Below are positions 22,767 to 33,491 of a DNA stretch of 64,000 bases, piece after piece. The position numbers and the translations under genes were made by a program. This stretch comes from Methanothermococcus sp. Ax23 (lineage in GTDB: Archaea; AGJL01; Methanococci; Methanococcales; Methanococcaceae): assembly GCF_049075655.1 (NCBI RefSeq), contig NZ_CP157522.1, positions 896,001 to 960,000 on the forward strand, given 5' to 3'. Within the stretch, counting starts at the first letter, position 1. Each line of letters opens with the position of its first letter. The notes under the pieces are model-generated. The model had not been told where the DNA came from, did not search any database, and was given only the letters and a program-made list of their open reading frames with translations.

Positions 22767-23936
22767 ATGAAGATTGGAATAATACTTGGAACACGTCCAG
22801 AGATAATAAAATTGTCTTCCATTGTAAGAAAACTGGAAAGATTAAAAAAATTAAAAGTTGATGGACTAAATAATGCCCATAATGATATTAATAATACTAA
22901 TGGTAGTATTGGAAATATAAATTATTTTATTATTCACACCAATCAGCATTATTCTGAAAATATGGATAAAATCTTTTTTAAAGAATTGAATCTTCCATCT
23001 CCAAATTACAATTTAAATGTTGGTTCTGGAACACACGGAGAACAAACGGCAAAAATGCTCGAAGGTATTGAAAAAATTTTGATAAAAGAAAAACCTGATG
23101 TAGTGATTGTTCAGGGGGACACAAATACTGTTCTTGCAGGAGCTCTCGCATCATCAAAATTGAAAATAAAAGTGGCACATGTTGAGGCTGGTTTAAGGAG
23201 CTACGATAGAAACATGCCTGAGGAAATAAATAGAGTTCTTACCGACCATGTATGTGATTACTTATTTACTCCAACGGAGATTGCAAAAGAAAACCTATTG
23301 AAAGAAGGTATTGAACAGGAAAAGATTTTTGTTGTGGGCAATACAATCGTAGATGCCACACTTCAAAACATCAAGATTGCTGAGGAAAGGGATGATATAA
23401 AGAACTTTATAAAAACATTATCCAATGGAGAGGACTATTTCTTATTAACCATTCACAGAGCAGAAAATACGGACAATAAAGAGCGATTGAAAAATATAAT
23501 TAAAGCAATAGGTGAAATAACAAAATACCACAACAACAAAATCGTTTTTCCCATCCATCCAAGGACAGAAAATAGATTAAAAAAATATAATTTGTTTGAT
23601 GAAATAAAAAATAACAAAAACATAAAAATAATTGAACCGGTTGGGTATTTGGAGTTTTTAATGCTTGAAAAAAATGCAAAATTAATTTTGACTGATAGTG
23701 GCGGAGTTCAAGAAGAAGCCTGTATTTTAAAAGTTCCATGTATCACACTGCGGGACAATACAGAGAGACCAGAAACAATAAATGTTGGGAGCAATATTTT
23801 GGTTGGGGCAGATATAGAAAAAATTATCAATGGAATTGAGTTAATGCTAAAAAAAGAGAGAAATTGGAAAAATCCATTTGGTGATGGGAACAGCGGTGAA
23901 ACTATCGTTGAAATATTGTTAAATCAAAATCTATAA
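22767..23936 (+). CDS. wecB: UDP-N-acetylglucosamine 2-epimerase (non-hydrolysing)
   Basis: GTRPEIIK, HVEAGLRS, TDSGGVQEEA. Confidence 0.93.
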   Translation: MKIGIILGTRPEIIKLSSIVRKLERLKKLKVDGLNNAHNDINNTNGSIGNINYFIIHTNQHYSENMDKIFFKELNLPSPNYNLNVGSGTHGEQTAKMLEGIEKILIKEKPDVVIVQGDTNTVLAGALASSKLKIKVAHVEAGLRSYDRNMPEEINRVLTDHVCDYLFTPTEIAKENLLKEGIEQEKIFVVGNTIVDATLQNIKIAEERDDIKNFIKTLSNGEDYFLLTIHRAENTDNKERLKNIIKAIGEITKYHNNKIVFPIHPRTENRLKKYNLFDEIKNNKNIKIIEPVGYLEFLMLEKNAKLILTDSGGVQEEACILKVPCITLRDNTERPETINVGSNILVGADIEKIINGIELMLKKERNWKNPFGDGNSGETIVEILLNQNL

Positions 23937-24137
23937 TCTATTTTATCTTTCATTCTTATTTTTTATTCTTTATTCTTTATTTTTGTTTATTTATTTTTTA
24001 TTATAATTTTTTTATTATAATTGTGTGTTATTATGGCAATATATTACATAAAAACTAAAACTTTATATATTTTAGCACATATGGGATATATTATAAGAAT
24101 AATAAATATACTTACAAAAAAACTAAAAGGTGATATA

Positions 24138-24452
24138 ATGTTTGGATTTGGGAGAGGATTTAGAGGTAGGGGCTTCTTCGGTTTCAGACATTTTGCAGGA
24201 GCTCGCACTATACCAAATTGCAATGAAAAATATGAATATGTTGGAGCATGCAGATGCGGACTTGGGCCGCACGCATATTATAGGGATAGAAGAACTGGTG
24301 CAGTAGTGCCTGCTACGGCAGTATATGGGTATGATGCACCAGAGACAACTCCTGAAACTGAATTATCAGATAGGTTGAGATATTTGGAAGAAGAAAAGAA
24401 GTATTTAGAAGAGGAAATAGCTAAATTGAAAGAATCTTTAAAAAAAGAGTAA
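24138..24452 (+). CDS. DUF5320-like Gly/Arg-rich small protein with C-terminal coiled coil
   Basis: GFGRGFRGRG N-terminus, CRCG motif, coiled-coil tail; GGTGA RBS. Confidence 0.65.
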   Translation: MFGFGRGFRGRGFFGFRHFAGARTIPNCNEKYEYVGACRCGLGPHAYYRDRRTGAVVPATAVYGYDAPETTPETELSDRLRYLEEEKKYLEEEIAKLKESLKKE

Positions 24453-24486
24453 AAATGTAAAATAAAAACAGAAATGAGGCAGCACC

Positions 24487-24678
24487 ATGGCAGACATGAA
24501 AAAGTTCCAATGTTCAAAATGCGGTAGGATTATTGAGGTTCCATACGGTATTCCAAAACCTGAGGTATGCCCACACTGCGGAGCTCCTAATGTATATATT
24601 CATAGAGTTGATGAAGGAGGAAGAGGATTTGGTGCTGGAAGAGGTAGAAGGTGTGGAGCAGGAATGGGGAGAATGTAA
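24487..24678 (+). CDS. Small zinc-ribbon/rubredoxin-like protein
   Basis: CSKC..CPHC; Gly/Arg-rich tail. Confidence 0.7.
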   Translation: MADMKKFQCSKCGRIIEVPYGIPKPEVCPHCGAPNVYIHRVDEGGRGFGAGRGRRCGAGMGRM

Positions 24679-24821
24679 TATATCATTTAATAATCTTATC
24701 AATAATTTTATCATTTTTTTAAAATGTATATTTGTAGATTTAGTTTAACAGATTGATGGCATAGATGCAATGTTTTTATATGTGTAGCAGCAATATTAAA
24801 TAAAAATTATTTGGTGATGTT

Positions 24822-25688
24822 ATGGCAGAATGCGATGGAAAATGTGATTCCTGCTCTTCAAGTAGCTCATGTTCAGATGCTAAGAAGGCTATGGAGATGC
24901 AGAATGCAAAAATAAGAGAGAATATGGGGAAAATAAAACACAAAATAGCCATTTTAAGTGGTAAAGGTGGCGTAGGTAAATCAACAGTTACAGTAAATTT
25001 AGCAGCCACATTAAGCGCCATGGGTAAAAAAGTTGGTATTTTGGATGGCGATATACATGGCCCAAACATTCCTAAAATGCTTGGTGTAGAAGATATCCAA
25101 CCTTTCGCTGATGAAAATGGAATATACCCCATTACAACACCAGAGGGAATAAAAACAATGTCAATTAGTTATTTCTTGCCTGATAAAAATACCCCTGTGA
25201 TTTGGAGAGGTCCAAAGATAAGTGGTGCCATTAGGCAGTTTTTAAGTGATGTTGTTTGGGGTGAGCTCGACTATTTATTAATAGATACCCCACCGGGAAC
25301 AGGAGATATTCAAATCACAATTATGCAATCTATCCCAGATATTGATGGGGTGATTATCGTCACAACCCCTGAGGAAGTGGCAGTTCTTGATGCAAGAAAA
25401 TCCATAACAATGGCAAAAACTACAAATATTCCTATAATTGGTATAGTGGAAAACATGGGCGGTTTTGTATGTCCGCACTGTAATAAGGTTGTCGATATAT
25501 TTGGAAAAGGCGGCGGTGAAAAAGCAGCTAAGGAATTGGATGTTGAGTTCTTAGGTAGAATACCTCTCGATATAAAAGCAAGAGAGGCATCTGATAAGGG
25601 AATTCCAATGGTATCTCTTGATTGCACCGCAACAGAGGAATTTAAAAAGATTGTTGAGAAGGTTGTTGAAAAAATTGAGAATAAATAA
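24822..25688 (+). CDS. Mrp/NBP35 (ApbC) Fe-S cluster carrier ATPase
   Basis: N-terminal Cys motif, GKGGVGKS, DTPPGTGD, CPHC. Confidence 0.93.
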   Translation: MAECDGKCDSCSSSSSCSDAKKAMEMQNAKIRENMGKIKHKIAILSGKGGVGKSTVTVNLAATLSAMGKKVGILDGDIHGPNIPKMLGVEDIQPFADENGIYPITTPEGIKTMSISYFLPDKNTPVIWRGPKISGAIRQFLSDVVWGELDYLLIDTPPGTGDIQITIMQSIPDIDGVIIVTTPEEVAVLDARKSITMAKTTNIPIIGIVENMGGFVCPHCNKVVDIFGKGGGEKAAKELDVEFLGRIPLDIKAREASDKGIPMVSLDCTATEEFKKIVEKVVEKIENK

Positions 25689-25845
25689 TTATTTAATTAT
25701 TATTTAATTATTTAATTCTGTATTATTGGGATAATTATTCTTATTTTTCATTTTGTTTTTAAATAAATGTATATTTTAGTTTTATTTATATTAATAGTAT
25801 TTATTTATTGATTATTGGATTATTTATCGGTCATTAGGTGTAATA

Positions 25846-26913
25846 ATGCTTCCAAATAAAACTGCATTAGACTTGATTAAAAAGTATATAGATATCTTTA
25901 AAGAAGGAAACAATATTGATGAATTTAAGAAAGAACTGATAAACAATCTTTTAAATAGTAGTGGAGTGCTTGTTAAAACTGATGATGGGACATATACTTT
26001 GGTATCGGAAGATGAAGATGAGCTCATGCACTCACGAATCGGAGCTCTAACTGAAAGCGTGGAGAAATTTGCAATACCTTCAAATTTAAAAAATATGGGT
26101 AATCCCAAAATATTGGATTTATGTAGTGGAATGGGGTATAATGCCATAGCGGCACTTCATTTTAATAAAAACTGTGAAATTGACATGGTAGAATATAGTG
26201 AAGAAACGCTTTTTTTGTCTTTATGCTTGGATATTCCGTATAAGGAGCATGAATTGATAAAAGAAGTAATAAAAGATTATTTTTTGAATAAAAGGAGCAA
26301 TAATAAAAAAATAGAAAATAAAGACATAAAAAATAATAAAATAAATTTGTATGTGGGAGATGCTAGAAAAATTGTTAAAAAATTGGATAAAAAATATAAT
26401 ATTGTATTCCATGATGCGTTTTCACCACAGAGAGATGCAGTTTTATACACTGTGGATTTTTTGAAGGAAATTTATAAAAAAATGGATGATGATGCTGTTT
26501 TAATTTCCTATTCTTCATCGATTCCTTTTAGAAGTGCTTTGGTGGAGGTTGGTTTTATACTATCAGAAGGAGCTCCCGTTGGAAGAAAAAGGGGTATAAC
26601 AATTGCATATAAAAATCCTTCATCAGATAGGGATTTAAAAAGAATCTCAGAAGTTGATGAACGATTAATAGCCCTTTCAACAGTTGGAGTTCCCTACCGG
26701 GACAGTAATTTAGATTTAGACCATGATACAATAATAATGAATAGGGAAGTGGAGCGGGAAAAATTAAAAGAAGAGTTATCGAAAATAGATAGATATTATT
26801 CCACAAAAAAGGTAAAACTCGGCAAAATAGATGAAAAGTTTTTGAATATCCAGAAACTAAATTTAAATTCCTCAGAAATAATCATGAGGATGAAAGAAGA
26901 ATTAAGAAACTAA
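25846..26913 (+). CDS. MnmC-family SAM-dependent methyltransferase
   Basis: LDLCSGMGYN, FHDAFSP motifs. Confidence 0.8.
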   Translation: MLPNKTALDLIKKYIDIFKEGNNIDEFKKELINNLLNSSGVLVKTDDGTYTLVSEDEDELMHSRIGALTESVEKFAIPSNLKNMGNPKILDLCSGMGYNAIAALHFNKNCEIDMVEYSEETLFLSLCLDIPYKEHELIKEVIKDYFLNKRSNNKKIENKDIKNNKINLYVGDARKIVKKLDKKYNIVFHDAFSPQRDAVLYTVDFLKEIYKKMDDDAVLISYSSSIPFRSALVEVGFILSEGAPVGRKRGITIAYKNPSSDRDLKRISEVDERLIALSTVGVPYRDSNLDLDHDTIIMNREVEREKLKEELSKIDRYYSTKKVKLGKIDEKFLNIQKLNLNSSEIIMRMKEELRN

Positions 26914-26916
26914 AAT

Positions 26917-27786
26917 TTAGATTAAATTATTTATGACATAATCTATTAATTTCTCAGTTATATCCATCTCAGAAATCCTTGAAAGTGCCTCCCATGAAGG
27001 AGCTCCGTTAACTTCAATTACCTTTAAACCATCTTTACTTTCCATTAAATCTACTCCCCCATATATCAGCCCAGTTGCATTTTTTGCTTTTATTGCGAGC
27101 TCTCTTATTTCATCGGTGATTTCGCATTTTTCAGCCTTTCCATTTTGGTGGATGTTTGTTATCCAATTGTCGGAAACTCGATACATTGCAGATACAACTT
27201 CATCTCCAATAACAAAAGCCCTGATATCTCTATAAATATCATTTGGATTGGTTATAAATTCCTGAATGTAAAATACACCATGTTTCTTTTTGAATTCATT
27301 TAACATGTTTAGCTTAGAAATTAGGGTTTTATTTTTTAACCTGACAATACCTTTTCCCTGATTTCCAAATAATGGTTTTAAAACACAGTCTTTAAACTTT
27401 TCTGACCACATTAGAGCTTTGTCAATATCTTCTGTAATTACTGTTTTTGGATGAGGGATATTGTTTATGTTCATTAAAATAGATGTTCTGTATTTATTCC
27501 CTGCGTTTTCAAGTCCTGCTGTTGGATTTATTAATGGAATGTAATGCTCTATATATTTAAGAACATCAAACCTATAATAATTGGACATATCGCCAAGATT
27601 TCTAACAAATGCACACTTTAAATCTGAAATATCATCTTTATTATGCTTAAATTTAATATCCATGCCGGTAAAAGAAGCAATTTTAGATGGTTTAATATAA
27701 ACTGGAGTTATGCCTTTCTTCTTCATGACCCTTTCTAATTCACAAGTGATCCAATCTTTTTCTTCCGATATTATTCCTATTTTCAT
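26917..27786 (-). CDS. mptN: Tetrahydromethanopterin:alpha-L-glutamate ligase (RimK-like ATP-grasp)
   Basis: KPLFGNQGKG, QEFI, DIRAFVIG, WITNIHQ, EVNG. Confidence 0.8.
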   Translation of the reverse strand: MKIGIISEEKDWITCELERVMKKKGITPVYIKPSKIASFTGMDIKFKHNKDDISDLKCAFVRNLGDMSNYYRFDVLKYIEHYIPLINPTAGLENAGNKYRTSILMNINNIPHPKTVITEDIDKALMWSEKFKDCVLKPLFGNQGKGIVRLKNKTLISKLNMLNEFKKKHGVFYIQEFITNPNDIYRDIRAFVIGDEVVSAMYRVSDNWITNIHQNGKAEKCEITDEIRELAIKAKNATGLIYGGVDLMESKDGLKVIEVNGAPSWEALSRISEMDITEKLIDYVINNLI

Positions 27787-27901
27787 ATTTTCACTTTGAT
27801 ATTTTTTATCAATATTTAAAATCAATCTTTAAAATATATAAATATCATATAATAAGAATGATAATAATCGAATAATAAAGGATAACAATGATAATAAAAT
27901 C

Positions 27902-28948
27902 GAGGTTGTCGAAAAATATTAAATTATCAATAACATATAATACATGTTATGAAGGGGAATATAAAAAAGAAAATAGAAAAGAAAAAGACCAATCCTAAGA
28001 CAAAAGGATACTGGAGAATATACGACCTTAGATATAAGAAATACGACCTAAGAACTACTTATACGTTGATTTTATCCATTACAAACATGCTGAATCGTCC
28101 TTCTACCGAAGGACGAAAGGTTGGTAGGGTATCTGCCCTACCCTATAATGAATATGTGGTAGTTCTAATATTAAAACATATCTACAAACTAAGTTTAAGG
28201 GATTTAGAGACACTCTCAAATACATTACATAACAAACATATTGACCATTCCACATACGGTAAAGCATTTAAACGGATGGATAATGAGTTTCTATCCAATT
28301 TACTCACTTTTACATATACGATTATAGATAATCTACTAACTCAGCCCTCCAACAAACTATATATGGCAGACTCAACAGGAGTTTCCATAAATAGGTTATA
28401 CTATGAGTGCATTCACGGAGGGAAACGTACTAAACGATTGGTGCATGATAAATTGCATGTTCTAGCATCATACTATCCAGAACAAGGATATATTCCAATA
28501 ATCTCCGCCCGTTGGGGCGGAGGTTATAGTTCCGATAGTGCCAACCTATTGGAAATGGTTAAACAGATTGATTTTTTAGATAATGAATATCTACTGGCTG
28601 ATGGAGGATATGATTGCTGTGAATTGTTTGAATATTTACTACAACACAATATCACTCCAATAGTTAAAACAAAAGAATTCAAGTGGAAGTATCATATTAG
28701 CAAAGTTAGAAAAACCATTAAGAGCATGTTTAACAAGGATTGGTATCGCCTTCGGGGGATAGTAGAATCCATATTTGGAGGGCTGGAGACTAAAAACAGG
28801 TTAAAATTAGATGACAGGTTGGCGGATAGCAGAGATGTAAAAGCACTATTGCTACTGCGATAGTGCATAACGTATTAACACTAATGAGAGTATTAGTATT
28901 AACATATGATACTGAATAAAATTACAAATTCAATTATTCGACAACCTC
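27902..28948 (+). mobile_element. IS5/IS4-superfamily DDE insertion sequence
   Basis: Terminal inverted repeats GAGGTTGTCGAA / TTCGACAACCTC; 9-bp direct repeat AATAAAATC at 27893-27901 and 28949-28957. Confidence 0.92.
27949..28919 (+). pseudogene. DDE transposase, probably frameshifted near C-terminus
   Basis: ADSTG, ADGGYD, RGIVESIFG; ORF stops at 28863 but an AIVHNV-type tail continues in another frame to 28919. Confidence 0.75.
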
Positions 28949-29126
28949 AATAAAATCGAAACCTATATATACTAAATTATAGTTTATATTGATAGTAAGT
29001 ATTAAACACGAAAGATTGATAGTAATAATATGCTGGATAAACACGAAATATATTGTTGATATTTCTAAATATATATCTAAAAGTATATATATGAGTAGTT
29101 ATTATAACTGATTTAACAATTTGTTT

Positions 29127-29211
29127 GCAGAGGTAGTCTAGCTCGGAAAGGCGTGGGACTGGAAATCCCATGGGGCTTTGCCCCTCGGGGGTTCAAATCC
29201 CCCCCTCTGCG
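29127..29211 (+). tRNA. tRNA-Ser(GGA)
   Basis: Anticodon arm TGGGA-CTGGAAA-TCCCA; long variable arm. Confidence 0.95.
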
Positions 29212-29315
29212 CTTTTTATTTTTTTTATTAATATTATTGCTGATAGTAAATAAGCATATACGCTAATGACCTTAGCAGTGCTATAAAACACGATTATCTC
29301 TCGGAGGTGCAGACA

Positions 29316-29768
29316 TTGACTCAAACAGAATTCAAACACAGAATTAGAATATCAAAAACAGATATTACTGGTGAATTTCCATTAGAATATGCCTTACAGG
29401 ATATAAAAGGGATCGGTAGGGCAATGGCTAAGGCAATATTGAGAATCACCAAATTGGATGGAAAACAACAGGCAGGTTATTTATCAGATGAAGATGTTCA
29501 AAAAATAGAGGAAGTTTTAAATGACCCTGCGAAACACGGAATTCCATCATGGATGTTCAACAGGAAAAAAGATACCTACACAGGTGAAGATAAACACTTG
29601 ATTGAAACGGACTTAGTGCTCACAGTTCAAGAAGACATAACCACCATGAAAAAGATTAGATGTTATAGAGGAATAAGACACGAATTAGGATTGCCATGTA
29701 GAGGACAGAGAACAAGAGGTTCATTTAGAAGAGGTTCGATAGTGGGAGTTAAAAAGAAAAGGAAATAA
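29316..29768 (+). CDS. rps13: 30S ribosomal protein S13
   Basis: IKGIG, YRGIRH, GLPCRGQRT; TTG start after GGAGGTG. Confidence 0.95.
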   Translation: MTQTEFKHRIRISKTDITGEFPLEYALQDIKGIGRAMAKAILRITKLDGKQQAGYLSDEDVQKIEEVLNDPAKHGIPSWMFNRKKDTYTGEDKHLIETDLVLTVQEDITTMKKIRCYRGIRHELGLPCRGQRTRGSFRRGSIVGVKKKRK

Positions 29769-29950
29769 ACGATAATTTAACGACTGTTTATAAAACAAAA
29801 CAGGATGAGAAATAATTATCTACTATGAATAAATGAAACTTCCGGCAATAAAAACCTTCGGATTTTTCATTTAGCGTTTAACCATATAAAAAAGAAAGGT
29901 TATAAAAATTGGAGATTAAAAATCTTTAAAACCAAATAAAAGGTGAAAAA

Positions 29951-30487
29951 ATGGGTGACCCAAGAAAATTAAGTAAAAAATACGATACCCCAAATCATCC
30001 ATGGATTGGAGAAAGAATTAAAAGAGAAAGAGAATTAGCAATAAAATATGGGTTGGTAAATAAGAAAGAATTTTGGAAAATGGAAACAAGATTGAGAACA
30101 TTCAGAAGACAGGCAAGAAAATTGATAAGCGACACAACCAAACAAGGTGCAAGAGAAGCTGTTCAGTTATTTGGCGTTTTGAAAAGATACGGTATTTTAG
30201 TTAAGGAAGATGCTACATTGGATGATGTTCTCTCATTAAATGTTGAAAGTATCCTCGACAGAAGATTACAAACATTGGTATTTAAAAAAGGACTTGCAAA
30301 AACACCAAAACAAGCTAGACAATTTATAGTTCATGGCCATATTGCAGTAAATGGAAGAAGAATAACTGCACCAAGTTATTTGGTTCCAGTGGCTGAGGAA
30401 GATTTAATATCATACACACCAACATCACCATTGGCTTCTGAAAATCATCCTGAAAGAACAAAAGTGGTAAGTGAGGATAATAGCTAA
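29951..30487 (+). CDS. rps4: 30S ribosomal protein S4
   Basis: [21 protein letters not shown]. Confidence 0.96.
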   Translation: MGDPRKLSKKYDTPNHPWIGERIKRERELAIKYGLVNKKEFWKMETRLRTFRRQARKLISDTTKQGAREAVQLFGVLKRYGILVKEDATLDDVLSLNVESILDRRLQTLVFKKGLAKTPKQARQFIVHGHIAVNGRRITAPSYLVPVAEEDLISYTPTSPLASENHPERTKVVSEDNS

Positions 30488-30528
30488 TTTAATTAAAAAA
30501 TCAATAAAAATAAAAATAAGGTGATTTA

Positions 30529-30903
30529 ATGAGTGAGAAATGGGGCGTAATCCATATTTATGCGTCATACAACAACACAATTATACATGTTACAGATATT
30601 ACAGGAGCAGAAACAATTGCAAAAATTTCTGGTGGTATGATTGTAAAAAACCAGAAAGATGAGTCATCCCCTTATGCTGCGATGCAGGGTGCATTTAAAA
30701 TAGCAGACATGATAAGAGAAAAAGGAATAGAAAAAGTTCATGTAAAGGTAAGAGCTCCGGGTGGAAACAAATCAAAGAACCCAGGTCCAGGAGCTCAGGC
30801 AGCCATTAGGGCATTGGCAAGAGCAGGGATTAGGATTGGAAGAATAGAAGATGCAACACCAATTCCACATGATGGGACAACCCCAAAGAAAAGAAACAGA
30901 TAA
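30529..30903 (+). CDS. rps11: 30S ribosomal protein S11
   Basis: [34 protein letters not shown]. Confidence 0.96.
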   Translation: MSEKWGVIHIYASYNNTIIHVTDITGAETIAKISGGMIVKNQKDESSPYAAMQGAFKIADMIREKGIEKVHVKVRAPGGNKSKNPGPGAQAAIRALARAGIRIGRIEDATPIPHDGTTPKKRNR

Positions 30904-30995
30904 TTTATTACATTTCCTGCGGTTGGTGAGGGTATAATAATCCTTTGGATTATAAATCCATCACTTTCAGGATAATGAAACTGTTGGTGGTATCT

Positions 30996-31583
30996 TTGAT
31001 AAATAACATTCAAAAAGAAAAAACAAATATTGGGGAAACGCTTAAATTTAACCTAAAAGCCCCATTATCTTTTTCCAGTGCATTGAGGAGGATAATGATT
31101 TCAGAGATTCCAACTTATGCCATTGAAAATGTGTATTTTTATGAAAACACATCCTCAATGTATGATGAATTGATTGCACACAGGCTAGGATTGATACCTA
31201 TAAGGGGAAAACCAGTTAGTAGTGATGAAGTAATTACATTTGCACTTATTAAAGAAGGTCCTTGTGTGGTTTATTCTGGCGATTTGGAATCAGAAGCAGG
31301 GGAAGTGGTATTTAAACGCATACCAATTGTTAAATTAAAAGAAGGGCAAAAATTGGAACTAGAATGTGAAGCTCTGGTGGGCGTAGGAAAAACCCATGCA
31401 AAATGGCAACCATGCAATGCCATTTATAAACAAATAGATAAGGATGAAGTGGAGTTTTTAGTAGAATCTTATGGGAATATGGATTCTGAGGACCTCTTAA
31501 TATCATCAGTGGAAGTATTAAAAAACAAGGCTGAAAAATTCCTAGATGAGCTGGAAAGTTTTGAAATAAATGATGTAGAGTAA
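30996..31583 (+). CDS. rpoD: DNA-directed RNA polymerase subunit D
   Basis: ALRRIMISEIP, DELIAHRLGLIP, HAKWQP; TTG start inferred. Confidence 0.93.
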   Translation: MINNIQKEKTNIGETLKFNLKAPLSFSSALRRIMISEIPTYAIENVYFYENTSSMYDELIAHRLGLIPIRGKPVSSDEVITFALIKEGPCVVYSGDLESEAGEVVFKRIPIVKLKEGQKLELECEALVGVGKTHAKWQPCNAIYKQIDKDEVEFLVESYGNMDSEDLLISSVEVLKNKAEKFLDELESFEINDVE

Positions 31584-31616
31584 TATAGTATAATATAGAA
31601 TAATAATGGTGAAATC

Positions 31617-31979
31617 ATGAGAAAATTGATGGCTACCAATCCAAAAATCGTTGAATTGGTTCAAAATCTTAAAGTAGAATCCTACAAAAACGATGCAAAA
31701 ATTTGGAAAGACATAGCTAAAAGATTATCAAAACCTGCTAGAAGAAGAGCAGAAGTTAATATAAGCAAGATAAACAGATATACAAAAGATGATTATGTTG
31801 TAATTGTTCCAGGTAAAGTTCTTGGAGCTGGAAAATTAGGACACAAAGTAACTGTTGCGGCATTTTCATTCTCAGAAAGTGCTAAGAAAGCAATTGAAGA
31901 AGCTGGCGGAAAATGTTTAACTATTGAAGAGTTAATTAAGGAAAATCCAAAAGGTTCATTGGTAAAAATAATGGCTTAA
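31617..31979 (+). CDS. rpl18e: 50S ribosomal protein L18e
   Basis: TNP, VPGKVLG, AAFSFS. Confidence 0.95.
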   Translation: MRKLMATNPKIVELVQNLKVESYKNDAKIWKDIAKRLSKPARRRAEVNISKINRYTKDDYVVIVPGKVLGAGKLGHKVTVAAFSFSESAKKAIEEAGGKCLTIEELIKENPKGSLVKIMA

Positions 31980-32024
31980 ATAATTACATTATATTAAACA
32001 CGAAAAACCAAATTAGGTGAAATT

Positions 32025-32438
32025 ATGGTTGTTATAGATGCAGAAAATGCAGTTGTTGGAAGATTGGCATCTTATGCGGCAAAGCTCGCGTTATCAGGGG
32101 AAGAAGTTGTTATCGTAAATGCTGAAAAGGCAATAATGACAGGAAACAAAGAATATATATTTGAGAAATACACTCAAAAAAGAAATAGAAAAAGTATTAC
32201 AAATCCTAGAAGAATGGGTCCAAAATATCCAAGAAGACCTGATGACATCGTAAGAAGAATTATAAGGGGAATGGTTCCATACAAAAAGCCAAAAGGAAGA
32301 GATGCTTTTAAAAGAATTAAGGTTATGGTAGGAGCTCCGGAAGATGTAAATGTTGATGTAGTATTAAATGAAATGCCAAATACAAATAAATATGTAACAA
32401 TTGGAGAACTTAGTAAATACTTGGGAGCTAAATTCTAA
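32025..32438 (+). CDS. rpl13: 50S ribosomal protein L13
   Basis: IDAENAVVGRLAS, RGMVPYK. Confidence 0.95.
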   Translation: MVVIDAENAVVGRLASYAAKLALSGEEVVIVNAEKAIMTGNKEYIFEKYTQKRNRKSITNPRRMGPKYPRRPDDIVRRIIRGMVPYKKPKGRDAFKRIKVMVGAPEDVNVDVVLNEMPNTNKYVTIGELSKYLGAKF

Positions 32439-32451
32439 TTGAGGTGATTAG

Positions 32452-32856
32452 GTGAAAGTAATTCATACAGTAGGTAAGAGAAAAACCGCTATTGCAAGAG
32501 CCACTGCAAAGGAAGGTAAAGGCAGAATCAGAATAAACAAAAAACCAATAGAAATAATTGAACCAAAATACATTAATGCAAAATTGATGGAGCCTGTAAT
32601 ATTAGCGGGAGATGCTATTAATGGTATAGACATTGATATTACAGTTAAAGGTGGAGGTATTGCTGGTCAAATGGATGCAGCAAGAACTGCCTTAGGTAAA
32701 GCAATTGTGGAATATACTGGAAGCATGGAGATAAAAGAGAGATATTTAGAATATGACAGAACCATTCTTGTTAGCGATGCAAGAAGAACAGAGCCACACA
32801 AACCAAGTAAATCCACAAAAGGTCCAAGAGCTAAGAGACAGAAATCATACAGATAA
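32452..32856 (+). CDS. rps9: 30S ribosomal protein S9
   Basis: [20 protein letters not shown]. Confidence 0.96.
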   Translation: MKVIHTVGKRKTAIARATAKEGKGRIRINKKPIEIIEPKYINAKLMEPVILAGDAINGIDIDITVKGGGIAGQMDAARTALGKAIVEYTGSMEIKERYLEYDRTILVSDARRTEPHKPSKSTKGPRAKRQKSYR

Positions 32857-32958
32857 ATTTATAATTTTTTTATTATTATCTATTTTGAGTATCGCATTAA
32901 ATAGAAAAATGAGAGATTTTGAGAGTATTGTTATTTCATACCCATTTGGTGATATATT

Positions 32959-33168
32959 ATGGTAATGTTTCCAATTAGATGTTTTTCATGTGGTAATGTA
33001 ATATCAGAAGTATATGATGAGTATATTTCACGATTAAAAGATGGGGAAAAACCTGACGAAATATTGGATGATTTGGGAATTAAAAAATACTGTTGTAGAA
33101 GGATGTTTATATCCCACAGGGTAGATAAAGACGGCAGGGAATTGTTCGATGATATTATGGAATATTAA
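32959..33168 (+). CDS. rpoN: DNA-directed RNA polymerase subunit N
   Basis: PIRCFSCG, YCCRRM. Confidence 0.95.
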   Translation: MVMFPIRCFSCGNVISEVYDEYISRLKDGEKPDEILDDLGIKKYCCRRMFISHRVDKDGRELFDDIMEY

Positions 33169-33193
33169 TTTAAATATATCATATTTACTTATT

Positions 33194-33271
33194 GGGACTG
33201 TGGGGTAGCCTGGTCCATCCTGTGCGTCTGGGGGGCGTGCAACCCGAGTTCAAATCTCGGCAGTCCCACCA
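33194..33271 (+). tRNA. tRNA-Pro(GGG), encoded CCA
   Basis: Cloverleaf, loop CTGGGGG; usual position between rpoN and rpoK. Confidence 0.88.
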
Positions 33272-33311
33272 TTTATTTCTAATTATTTATTATATTTCAA
33301 AATACATAGGT

Positions 33312-33399
33312 TCCAAGTTCCACGAAGTGGGACTTGGACTTTGGGTAGCATCCTTTTTTAAAGGATGCGTTTGAATCTAAGCAGTCCCACCATTTATTT
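33312..33399 (+). repeat. Two hairpins followed by a duplicated tRNA-Pro 3' end
   Basis: GCAGTCCCACCATTTATTT at 33260-33278 repeated at 33381-33399. Confidence 0.8.
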
Positions 33400-33491
33400 A
33401 CTCATCATTTATTTATTACACATATTTAATTTATTAGATATTATTATAGTAAAAAATAATATAACGTAAAAAATAAAAAAGCGTGATTCTG

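Noticed and set aside
22845-22925. Asn-rich insert in wecB (similar ones in coaBC and ppnK) as an intein or mobile insert
   Set aside because: Short low-complexity AAT expansions with no intein motifs or hairpins
30904-30995. SECIS element
   Set aside because: No in-frame TGA selenoprotein candidate nearby
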